Assembly: GCF_001194135.2 (NCBI RefSeq)
Contig: NC_068997.1
Location: 49,184,123-49,248,122 of the forward strand
Length of the DNA stretch: 64,000 nt
Reading direction: 5' to 3'
From: Octopus bimaculoides
Lineage: Eukaryota
The notes under the pieces were generated by a model. It saw nothing but the letters and a program-made list of their open reading frames with translations, was not told the DNA's origin and searched no databases. Below are positions 11,283 to 22,875 of the stretch, in pieces. The position numbers were made by a program, and so were the translations under genes. The number at the start of each line of letters is the position of its first letter. The stretch's first letter is position 1.

Positions 11283-12896
11283 GTAAGTGATGGTAGATAT
11301 GTGTAGTAAAGCCACTGAAGAACGGAGAGAAAGGGGAAATCCTATTTTCCTATTTGCTTATTTATTTCATTTCTTTGTTATTGGTATTTTCGTAATTTGT
11401 TTTATAGATTTTGTTTTACTTATTTACTCAATTTTTAGTATTTTTTCTAACTGGAAGTATTTCTCTTTTTTTCTATTCATGTAAGATCCAATGAATTTAT
11501 GTAATTGTTAACTGTCACTTTTATGGTATAATTTATTTAATTTGGAGACACACACAAACACATACATACATGCATACATAAATGTATACGTACGTTACGT
11601 GCGTACTATACATACATTATATATACATACTTACATACATACATACATACACACAAACACACATACACATACATATTCATTTATATCGTATAATTCAGGT
11701 TAAAACCTCGTTATTTGGCTATTACATATCCTACAGTAGGGTATTTTTCAGGGTTGGTTACTCATGCAGAAATCCTCTTTGCATAAGATTAATACAAGGA
11801 TAATATAATACGAACACGCAGGATACCAAGCTTTAATAGTTGGATAACAACGCCTGCACGATTTTCACTAAGAAAAAAAAAATTACGGAAGACTACCAAG
11901 ACTGCAATTACGGAAGTCTATCAAGAGTCACGTGGAGATGAAATGATTGTACTTCACTCGGGAGCTCCAAGATTGGGATAGTATAGCCCTTTTCCTTTAA
12001 GCTAAGACGATTACATATATATATATATATATATANNNNNNNNNNNNNNNNNNNNNNNNNNNNNNNNNNNNNNNNNNNNNNNNNNNNNNNNNNNNNNNNN
12101 NNNNNNNNNNNNNNNNNNNNNNNNNNNNNNNNNNNNNNNNNNNNNNNNNNNNNNNNNNNNNNNNNNNNNNNNNNNNNNNNNGTGTATATATAATGTTACA
12201 AATGTAGACACAGGCATACATACATAATATAAGAGAGTGTGGATTTATATGTTTAGTGGAACAAACAGGAAAAATAAAACTCATTACAATCTTAGAAGGC
12301 AATATTTTCTCTAATTTCAATTTTTCTATGAATTCAAGTTACAAAAGTGATTCAAGAGACGAGAGATTAAAAATGTTTTTAAAAATGCATCGGATCAACT
12401 GGAACCCTCGTCCTCGCAACCGCTGGAGTGCCATTAAGCATGAGGTATACACCTGGTAAATTGCAGGTAAAGGTAGGGAAAAAGTCACAATTAATTTAAG
12501 GGATCCAGACAAAACCCCCTCAGATAACCCCGCCCCCGGACAAAACCCTTATGACTTATTTTCCTGTGACTTTTTTACTGGATTCTTTACACCATATTTC
12601 ATTGTAAGGGTCAATGTTACTATCTAACCATTAGGGAACCCTTTGGTAAAATACAGTCTGTTACAAGCGTATCGGACAGGTCTCTGCTTTGAGGGTGACA
12701 TTTTCCATTCCACTAAAAAGTCACGGGGATCCAGATAATGGATTAAGGGTGTTATCCTTTCCCTTCTGACCACAACATTAAGCGACAACACCAACAGCTG
12801 CAGCAGCAGCAGCAACAATAACACGAACAGCAAAATCCGCGACGACATAAAATACGATGAAGGCGTAAAAAGAGTTTGTGGATTCGGTCAACTTAC

Positions 12897-13029
12897 AAGA
12901 ATTTCGGAAACAGAAGTCGTCCTGTGAGATGACCTCAGCAATACTGGAGGCACATAGGATGATGATAAGGATGGTGATAGTGGTGGTGGTGTTGGTGAGA
13001 AGGAGAACGGCACGTGTTTGGTCGGACAT
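12897..13029 (-). CDS. Candidate first coding exon with signal-peptide-like sequence (exon 13113-12897; CDS from ATG at 13029)
   Basis: Acceptor tctttgtttcttcAG at 13115-13114, in-frame upstream stop, MSDQTRAVLLLTNTTTTITILIIILCASSIAEVISQDDFCFRNS, consensus donor T|GTAAGT at 12896, phase 1 compatible with exon 996-703. Confidence 0.5.
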
Positions 13030-13127
13030 GTTCACCGACTATCGATGATGTAACAAAGTAAGGCTCCGTCGGTTGAGCAAGGAGAACGGGCCGGACGTCC
13101 ATGGCAGGAGTACCTGAAGAAACAAAG

Positions 13128-13168
<41 letters not shown>

Positions 13169-13178
13169 AATAATAATG

Positions 13179-13233
<55 letters not shown>

Positions 13234-13234
<1 letters not shown>

Positions 13235-13440
13235 CTTTTCTACTCTAGGCACAAGGCCCGAAATTTTTGGGGAGGAACCAATCGATTAGATCGACCCGAG
13301 TAGGCAACTGGTATTTAATTTATCGACCACCAAAGGATGAAAGGCAAAGTCAACTCGGCGGAATTTGAACTCGGAAGACAGAAGAAATACCGCTAAGCAT
13401 TTCGCCCGGCGTGCTAACGTTTCTGGCAACTCGCCGCCCT
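13234..13440 (-). mobile_element. SINE type B1, full length, embedded in (AAT)n
   Basis: TCTTTTCTACTCTAGGCACAAGGCCC...AAGGATGAAAGGCAAAGTC...GCATTTCGCCCGGCGTGCTAACGTTTCTG; AAT runs on both sides. Confidence 0.9.
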
Positions 13441-14235
13441 AATAATAATGATAATAATAATAATAATAATAATAATGATAATAATAATAATGATGATGAT
13501 GATGATGATAGTTNNNNNNNNNNNNNNNNNNNNNNNNNNNNNNNNNNNNNNNNNNNNNNNNNNNNNNNNNNNNNNNNNNNNNNNNNNNNNNNNNNNNNNN
13601 NNNNNNNNNNNNNNNNNNNNNNNNNNNNNNNNNNNNNNNNNNNNNNNNNNNNNNNNNNNNNNNNNNNNNNNNNNNNNNNNNNNNNNNNNNNNNNNNNNNN
13701 NNNNNNNNNNNNNNNNNNNNNNNNNNNNNNNNNNNNNNNNNNNNNNNNNNNNNNNNNNNNNNNNNNNNNNNNNNNNNNNNNNNNNNNNNNNNNNNNNNNN
13801 NNNNNNNNNNNNNNNNNNNNNNNNNNNNNNNNNNNNNNNNNNNNNNNNNNNNNNNNNNNNNNNNNNNNNNNNNNNNNNNNNNNNNNNNNNNNNNNNNNNN
13901 NNNNNNNNNNNNNNNNNNNNNNNNNNNNNNNNNNNNNNNNNNNNNNNNNNNNNNNNNNNNNNNNNNNNNNNNNNNNNNNNNNNNNNNNNNNNNNNNNNNN
14001 NNNNNNNNNNNNNNNNNNNNNNNNNNNNNNNNNNNNNNNNNNNNNNNNNNNNNNNNNNNNNNNNNNNNNNNNNNNNNNNNNNNNNNNNNNNNNNNNNNNN
14101 NNNNNNNNNNNNNNNNNNNNNNNNNNNNNNNNNNNNNNNNNNNNNNNNNNNNNNNNNNNNNNNNNNNNNNNNNNNNNNNNNNNNNNNNNNNNNNNNNNNN
14201 NNNNNNNNNNNNNNNNNNNNNNNNNNNNNNNNNNN

Positions 14236-14270
<35 letters not shown>

Positions 14271-14275
<5 letters not shown>

Positions 14276-15508
14276 GTTGGACAAAATAATGGAAACACCC
14301 TAAAATTTCAAACAAATTTATTTTAGTAAGGAGTAGGATCGCTACTGGCAGTAAATACTGCTTGAATTCTACGAGGTATGGACTCCTACAAATTTGAATT
14401 GGTTCCAAAGGAATGTTTGTCCATTCTTCAGCTAAAACAGTCTTCAGTTCTTGTAGTGACGATGGTGAAGGATATCGATTCATTACTAAAATGCACCATA
14501 GATGTTCGATACTATTGAGATCTGGGGACTGTGGTGGCTAGATAAGATGTTCAAACTACACTAGAATGTCTTTCGTGGCTATTCAGTAACAAATTTAGCT
14601 GTATGAATTGGTGCATTATTATCCTGAAAGATTACATTTCCATCCGGAAACAGTTCCACAACCATAGGATGAATTCGATCATATAAAATGCTTAAATAGT
14701 CTTGATTATTTATTCTGCCATGAAGGAAAAACCATTGGGCCCGGCGGATTTCCAAGATATAGCCCTCCAGATCATCAAAGGTCCTCTTCCATGTTTAACA
14801 GTTGAAAGAAGGCAGTCTGGGTCAAATGCTTCTTTTGGCTATCTTCACATACATACTCGGCCGGTGGTCAGAAATAAGGATGTCTCGTCCGAGAAAATAA
14901 CATTCTTCCACTGCTCTAGGGATCAGTTCTGTAGGTTTTGACTCCACTTTAAACGCTTTGCAGCATTTGTCTTTGAAAGTAGTGGTTTTCTGATTGCAGC
15001 CATCCCATGAAATCCGGCTTTCTGCAGCTCCCGGTGAACAGTTTTTGTGGAAACTGGGTTCTCGAGGTGGTCATTAAGCTCTGTAGTAATTTTGAGAGCT
15101 GTACTTTTGTGATCCTTTCTAACAATTCGCGTAAAATTCCGAAGATCTCTATCTGAAAGTTTTGGTTTTCTTCCGGAGTTTTGTTTCGACGAGGAGGTTT
15201 TTTCCTCTTTCTCAAAGGCTGTCATTACTTTCGAGACAGTACTTCTTGATACACCAAACATTTCGGATGTGTTCGTTACGCTAGTGCCTGCACCAACAAT
15301 TTGATCTCTTACGAGCACCAACAATTTACCTCTTTGAAAGTCCGATCGATTTGTTATTTTAATGAATTTTAATTCCTTATTTCTGATGATATTTGAAAGG
15401 GAAACGGCAATTTTAGCAAAACATATTAAGCAACACTTATAATAAATAAAAAAACATAAAAATAAACAAGCTTTTGACGATTTTATAGATATTTCAAAAT
15501 TATGATGC
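14271..15508 (-). mobile_element. Tc1-family DNA transposon with decayed transposase
   Basis: Minus frame FGVSRSTVSKV...SGRKPKLSDRD...GRKPLLSK...KRLKW, then (across stops) VIFSDET, VKHG, IFQDNNAP.H and ELKTVLAEEWTNIP. TIR-like (C>T)AGGGGTTGGACAAAATAATGGAAACACC starts after a TA run at 14271. The other end is lost in the gap. Confidence 0.92.
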
Positions 15509-16383
15509 NNNNNNNNNNNNNNNNNNNNNNNNNNNNNNNNNNNNNNNNNNNNNNNNNNNNNNNNNNNNNNNNNNNNNNNNNNNNNNNNNNNNNNNNNNNN
15601 NNNNNNNNNNNNNNNNNNNNNNNNNNNNNNNNNNNNNNNNNNNNNNNNNNNNNNNNNNNNNNNNNNNNNNNNNNNNNNNNNNNNNNNNNNNNNNNNNNNN
15701 NNNNNNNNNNNNNNNNNNNNNNNNNNNNNNNNNNNNNNNNNNNNNNNNNNNNNNNNNNNNNNNNNNNNNNNNNNNNNNNNNNNNNNNNNNNNNNNNNNNN
15801 NNNNNNNNNNNNNNNCCACCACCCACCACTACCACCACCCACCACTACCACCACCCACCACTACCACCACCCACCACTACCACCACCACCATTTGTTCAG
15901 TTATACCTATTGTGAATAATTGTTTGTTACTTCCTCCCATAGGATAGTCTTCAACAGAAAATCACACAGCCCTCTCATCGAGAGTAGGCAATAAAACATA
16001 AATATATATATATATATATTATATATCCATATATATATATATGTATATGTTATAAATACATACACACATATATATCTGCACCTAAACATATATACATATA
16101 AACACTTTTTAGTTATTTATTGTCTTCTCAATGATATTATTACTTCACCTTTAAACATAGGCTCTCAAATCAAGTCTGACCAAACTAATAAAACTTCAAA
16201 GGTAAAACAAACTCGTAGTTTATCTAAGCCGTAATTTAATTTTCATTCTTCATCCTTTTGTTATTTCTAATCGGCTCACTTTCTGATCTTCTCCATACTG
16301 GATCACTGCCAATGAAAGATTCCTGTAACGAGGTCTTAACATTTGATAGCATATTTCCAGAGTTTGTTAGTTGCATGTCTTTG

Positions 16384-16479
<96 letters not shown>

Positions 16480-16568
16480 TGTGTGTGTGTGTGTGTGTGC
16501 GTGTGTGTGCGTGTGTGTGTGTGAGTATGCGATTTAAAAAACTTTCAACTCCGTACAATTGTCGTTGG

Positions 16569-16935
16569 TATTATTATTCTTCAAGCCATCCAATTTTGCT
16601 TCTTACTCAAGAGAGTCGTGAAGCTGGAATCCTCAAGCACCTTCTCCAAAGGTTCCAGTTAGAACGAACTTTCCGGAAGGATTCCGAAGCGTGACCAAGT
16701 GGAGACTATTGATATTATCCAGTCAACTCGTTCTTGGGTCTACTCGTTCATCTCTTGCAGATTGAAGAATCCGTCTTGCGATTCTTTACTGCGACATTCT
16801 AATCGCATTTCCATAGTACTTGAACTCTGACCTCACAAAGTAGAGAAGTAGCGGATCACCTTGGAGAAACATCGTGATCGCACAACGCACTGTATCGAGT
16901 AGCGTTGCTCCAGAGGAGAAACACAATTCTGGCCA
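16569..16935 (-). mobile_element. RTE-clade LINE 3' fragment
   Basis: Minus translation SGATLLDTVR...DPLLLYFVRSEFKYYGNAIRMSQ*RIARRILQSA resembles the RTE ORF C-terminus; ends in an AATAATAATA tail. Confidence 0.75.
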
Positions 16936-16937
16936 TC

Positions 16938-17009
<72 letters not shown>

Positions 17010-17025
17010 TATTATTATTATTATT

Positions 17026-17285
17026 AGCTGGCAGAAACGTTAGCACGCCGGGCGAAANNNNNNNNNNNNNNNNNNNNNNNNNNNNNNNNNNNNNNNNNNN
17101 NNNNNNNNNNNNNNNNNNNNNNNNNNNNNNNNNNNNNNNNNNNNNNNNNNNNNNNNNNNNNNNNNNNNNNNNNNNNNNNNNNNNNNNNNNNNNNNNNNNN
17201 NNNNNNNNNTATAATCGACTTAATCCGTTTGTCTGTCCTTGTTTGTCCCCTCTGTGTGTAGCCCCTTGTGGGCAGTAAAGAAATA
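17026..17285 (+). mobile_element. SINE type B2 spanning a gap, embedded in (ATT)n
   Basis: AGCTGGCAGAAACGTTAGCACGCCGGGCGAAA[N]ATAATCGACTTAATCCGTTTGTCTGTCC...GTGGGCAGTAAAGAAATA. Confidence 0.88.
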
Positions 17286-17316
17286 ATAATTATTATTATT
17301 ATTATTACTATTATTA

Positions 17317-17381
<65 letters not shown>

Positions 17382-17386
17382 ATTAC

Positions 17387-17440
<54 letters not shown>

Positions 17441-17548
17441 CATTCCTTCGTAAAGCAGTATAGGTGTAAATGTACCGGAGTCTTTAGTCATTTGTCAAGT
17501 CACAAGAAGGACCTCAGACAGGTAATACGTTCCTTAAGATGAGCGTTG

Positions 17549-17600
<52 letters not shown>

Positions 17601-17712
17601 TTAGAGATTGCCTTTGACTCTCGTCATTTCGGGGTCGATAAAATAAATACCAGTTGAACAGTGGGGACGTTGTTGTCGAAATTGCTGGTGTTGTGTAAAA
17701 ATTTAAAATCAA

Positions 17713-17743
<31 letters not shown>

Positions 17744-18005
17744 GTCATCATTTTTAATCTGATAAAACTATGATAATGAATTGAGTAAAGAGCAGACGAT
17801 ATCTAAATGGTTTGGATGTTCAGAGGAATTTTTAATGTATTCCGTTGTTATTTCAAAGAATTAAAATTTTATTCCCATTTTAATAGATTCTATAAATAAG
17901 GCTACGCCCCACCACACATTCACACACACAAACACACACACACCTTTTCTCTCACAGGCAAACTTACACATATACATAATACATAGAGAGAGACACACCG
18001 CTCAC

Positions 18006-18066
18006 TAATGATTTCTGAGGAGCAGACGATATTTTCCGCCATGATTTGAGGGAAGAAGGCAATGTC
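18006..18066 (-). other. Candidate upstream (5') exon of the minus-strand gene
   Basis: tatttccggaaAG|GACATTGCC...GAAATCATTA|GTGAGC. Contains ATG GCG (MAENIVCSSEII) that would splice in phase into the His-rich frame of exon 13113. Confidence 0.2.
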
Positions 18067-18408
18067 CTTTCCGGAAATAATCAATAAACCAAGATTGTGG
18101 AAACAATCGATCGATAGCCAAATAACAGTCTATATCATGCACTTTTATTCCTCTACTTATTCGTAGTTTTGTATCATTTATCTCACCCTTCGAACCACCA
18201 CTCATTAAAATTCGTCCTTCCTCGAAACCTTACAGTCTTACATTCTCATCTTTCCGGCATTCACTCCTCCTCACACCGTTAGTTACAACCCTTTTAACAA
18301 CCTCTCCGATCCATTATGCCTTCTTTTATATTTTTTTTCTTTGATTTCGTTTGCGTTTTCCGCCTCTGTTTTCATCATTCATTCCACCCGGGACTTTTCC
18401 TTTCTCTC

Positions 18409-18441
<33 letters not shown>

Positions 18442-19057
18442 TATCTCTATCAGGACCGGATAATTATTACGGAACTGGGCGTAAAAAAAATATTGATTTG
18501 GACGAATACGCATACCCACACACACAAACACACATATAAATATATTTGTAAAGATATATATATATATATATATNNNNNNNNNNATATATACATACATACA
18601 TACATACATACATACATACGTAGACCAGTTCTTGTTTTCCTGTTGTAAGTCATGGGATTGAGGCTAAACTGGGGCAACGCATTCAAGGTTTTTAATCGGT
18701 CACTTCGACATCGGTGCATGATTTGGCCACTTAGTTTGTGAAATGCTAATAACAGGATATAGCATAAATGATATTGTAACCCGTAAATATTGATACACAT
18801 AGAGATCACAGTTATATATATATATATATAGGTTAGTTTTTCCTTGGGAATGGCCAGATTGGAGCAATTTCGAGTATAACCAGCCGAAATTGCAAAGATA
18901 ATCTGGAACTCGACTGAGGAAAGAAAACTCCGAATCAATCGTCCTTGTTTTCTTTGCATCATCTATCTGGATGTTTTGCTGTCCCATTTTTGTATTTATA
19001 TATATATATAAATATATATATATAATATGTATGTGTATGTATATGTGCGTATATCAA

Positions 19058-19118
<61 letters not shown>

Positions 19119-20044
19119 NNNNNNNNNNNNNNNNNNNNNNNNNNNNNNNNNNNNNNNNNNNNNNNNNNNNNNNNNNNNNNNNNNNNNNNNNNNNNNNNNN
19201 NNNNNNNNNNNNNNNNNNNNNNNNNNNNNNNNNNNNNNNNNNNNNNNNNNNNNNNNNNNNNNNNNNNNNNNNNNNNNNNNNNNNNNNNNNNNNNNNNNNN
19301 NNNNNNNNNNNNNNNNNNNNNNNNNNNNNNNNNNNNNNNNNNNNNNNNNNNNNNNNNNNNNNNNNNNNNNNNNNNNNNNNNNNNNNNNNNNNNNNNNNNN
19401 NNNNNNNNNNNNNNNNNNNNNNNNNNNNNNNNNNNNNNNNNNNNNNNNNNNNNNNNNNNNNNNNNNNNNNNNNNNNNNNNNNNNNNNNNNNNNNNNNNNN
19501 NNNNNNNNNNNNNNNNNNNNNNNNNNNNNNNNNNNNNNNNNNNNNNNNNNNNNNNNNNNNNNNNNNNNNNNNNNNNNNNNNNNNNNNNNNNNNNNNNNNN
19601 NNNNNNNNNNNNNNNNNNNNNNNNNNNNNNNNNNNNNNNNNNNNNNNNNNNNNNNNNNNNNNNNNNNNNNNNNNNNNNNNNNNNNNNNNNNNNNNNNNNN
19701 NNNNNNNNNNNNNNNNNNNNNNNNNNNNNNNNNNNNNNNNNNNNNNNNNNNNNNNNNNNNNNNNNNNNNNNNNNNNNNNNNNNNNNNNNNNNNNNNNNNN
19801 NNNNNNNNNNNNNNNNNNNNNNNNNNNNNNNNNNNNNNNNNNNNNNNNNNNNNNNNNNNNNNNNNNNNNNNNNNNNNNNNNNNNNNNNNNNNNNNNNNNN
19901 NNNNNNNNNNNNNNNNNNNNNNNNNNNNNNNNNNNNNNNNNNNNNNNNNNNNNNNNNNNNNNNNNNNNNNNNNNNNNNNNNNNNNNNNNNNNNNNNNNNN
20001 NNNNNNNNNNNNNNNNNNNNNNNNNNNNNNNNNNNNNNNNNNNN

Positions 20045-20080
<36 letters not shown>

Positions 20081-20714
20081 CATTTCGCATAACGTAATTG
20101 AAAGTGATTAAATTAAACAACGGAGATCCATACCTCCACTCCGTCTTTCTGCCTACTCTTCCTCCTCCCTCCTTCCCTTTGCCCTTCGCTACTCTCTTCC
20201 CTCCTCTACACTCTCCTATTAAGAGATTAGTTTCGTGTTTTCACACAAACGTATAAATTACGTGACCGCTGATGGAGTGTGGTCTGGTCTATTTACGATG
20301 CTGTGGCGTGACTGAGTTGAAGACAAGACGGAGGGTAGTGCTGGTGGTGGAGGTAGTGGTAGTGGTCGTGATGGTCGTAGTGGTGGTGGGGCAAGGGTAT
20401 GGAAGTGTGAGCGTGGGGGAAGTGGTCGAGACGTGAAGAACTGAATGACTACGTGAAACATGATGGAAGATGATCGAAGGAAGGAAGGAAGGAAGGGAAG
20501 AAGGAAGGGGAAGTGGGAGAGCAGTGTTGACAATGATGATGATGAGGAGGAGGAAGGAGGATAGATGATGACTATGGGTTCGATGGTGAGAGTGGTGGTG
20601 GTGGTGATGATGGTGGTGGTGGTAATGGTGGTGGTGGTGGCGTTGGTGGTCGTCGCCATCATGATGGTGATGTGTAAGAATATGCAAGGAGATCGAGGAG
20701 CAGGAGGAGAAGGA

Positions 20715-20779
<65 letters not shown>

Positions 20780-20783
20780 GTAA

Positions 20784-20814
<31 letters not shown>

Positions 20815-21700
20815 AAGAAGNNNNNNNNNNNNNNNNNNNNNNNNNNNNNNNNNNNNNNNNNNNNNNNNNNNNNNNNNNNNNNNNNNNNNNNNNNNNNNNN
20901 NNNNNNNNNNNNNNNNNNNNNNNNNNNNNNNNNNNNNNNNNNNNNNNNNNNNNNNNNNNNNNNNNNNNNNNNNNNNNNNNNNNNNNNNNNNNNNNNNNNN
21001 NNNNNNNNNNNNNNNNNNNNNNNNNNNNNNNNNNNNNNNNNNNNNNNNNNNNNNNNNNNNNNNNNNNNNNNNNNNNNNNNNNNNNNNNNNNNNNNNNNNN
21101 NNNNNNNNNNNNNNNNNNNNNNNNNNNNNNNNNNNNNNNNNNNNNNNNNNNNNNNNNNNNNNNNNNNNNNNNNNNNNNNNNNNNNNNNNNNNNNNNNNNN
21201 NNNNNNNNNNNNNNNNNNNNNNNNNNNNNNNNNNNNNNNNNNNNNNNNNNNNNNNNNNNNNNNNNNNNNNNNNNNNNNNNNNNNNNNNNNNNNNNNNNNN
21301 NNNNNNNNNNNNNNNNNNNNNNNNNNNNNNNNNNNNNNNNNNNNNNNNNNNNNNNNNNNNNNNNNNNNNNNNNNNNNNNNNNNNNNNNNNNNNNNNNNNN
21401 NNNNNNNNNNNNNNNNNNNNNNNNNNNNNNNNNNNNNNNNNNNNNNNNNNNNNNNNNNNNNNNNNNNNNNNNNNNNNNNNNNNNNNNNNNNNNNNNNNNN
21501 NNNNNNNNNNNNNNNNNNNNNNNNNNNNNNNNNNNNNNNNNNNNNNNNNNNNNNNNNNNNNNNNNNNNNNNNNNNNNNNNNNNNNNNNNNNNNNNNNNNN
21601 NNNNNNNNNNNNNNNNNNNNNNNNNNNNNNNNNNNNNNNNNNNNNNNNNNNNNNNNNNNNNNNNNNNNNNNNNNNNNNNNNNNNNNNNNNNNNNNNNNNN

Positions 21701-21736
<36 letters not shown>

Positions 21737-22419
21737 GTATGTATATATATACAAAATTGTTCAGTACTGTTCGTCGTACAATAGTCATTTATATAACGGT
21801 CATCGTTGGCCATAACTGAGAATAATTGACCTCTAAGATACATTTATATTCCTCAACTGTGCCACCACCACCACCACCAACAACAACAACTCCACCACAA
21901 CCATTGCTATTACCAATGTTATGGTCAGCAACAACCCCACCGTCACAACATCGTTATCGTTACTAAAATCCCTTAAAACAGGAACAATATTTCCTTAGCT
22001 TTTTCCTTCATCATCAAGTGGTCGCATCCAAAATGCGTTTCGCAACTCTGTAACAGAAGTCCCTGCATCCCACCCCGTTATCTTTTCCGTGTGTTTAATC
22101 GATCTTTGTCCAACATTATGGTACAGTAGAATTTTCCAAAATACTTCATCCGATATGGCCTGGTGTTTCATCACGATAGTTTTTGCCAAGAAATCCAACC
22201 GTAAGTTAAGCAAATACACAGAATGTGTCTATAAATATCCGCTTTGGTTTTGTGCTAACGAAATTTAATATTTTGGCCCTTGTTGAGAAGCCTGGTATGC
22301 AACATCAAAACCATCTTGTAGTTGCTTCTATTAAGTCCAGCTTTTGAATTCATAGAGAAGAATTCTATCCATGTTCACTGAAGACCAACCTTGTTCATTT
22401 TGAAATACTTGATCGCAAA

Positions 22420-22875
22420 GTTTTTTGAAACTGATTACAGGTACATATTCCAGGTAAGTCCCTTTGGCGTAAAAATATCTTTCTTGCTCTCAGCCACATA
22501 GGATCTAAAGTACTTGAATTAAGTCCAAGTCACCTTTGTTAATAAAGAAAATAATTCTTAAGTGTGAGATGCTCTGAGGCTTGAAACAAGTACTTCGGCT
22601 AGTCATGAGAGGCGAAACTAGTTAATTTTAACATATAAGATTGCCAGAGGTTTTGAAGCTGGTTACAGGTTTACCAGGCATATCCCTTGCGCGCCATGAA
22701 TTCATCTTACTAACAGAAATATAGGACTCAAGATAATGAAAATCATTGAAAGACAGTTACGCAAATTTTATTTAAAAAATTACATGATTACCATATGTTT
22801 TGAAGCAGGTAACAAAACACACCAGGTAAGCCCCTTGTGAGTCAAAAATTATCAGCAACGTAGGACTCAAGGTAG
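22420..22875 (+). repeat. Three degenerate copies of a module TTTGAA..CAG|GT..CCAG|G(T/C)A..CCCTT...TAGGA(C)TC(A)AAG
   Basis: Copies centred at 22441, 22669 and 22809; shared motifs read directly. Confidence 0.65.

Noticed and set aside
12478-12576. 11-bp inverted repeat (AAAAAGTCACA) around GGACAAAACCC motifs, possibly a Helentron-type remnant
   Set aside because: Too short and single-copy in this window to classify.
20258-20450. Pro-rich minus-strand frame (FFTSRPLPPR...)
   Set aside because: Built from CCA/ACC triplet repeats with weak splice signals.
21995-22440. Protein-looking minus-strand translations, possibly a decayed transposase
   Set aside because: Stop density close to random for AT-rich DNA and no motif I can name; needs a BLASTx/HMM search.
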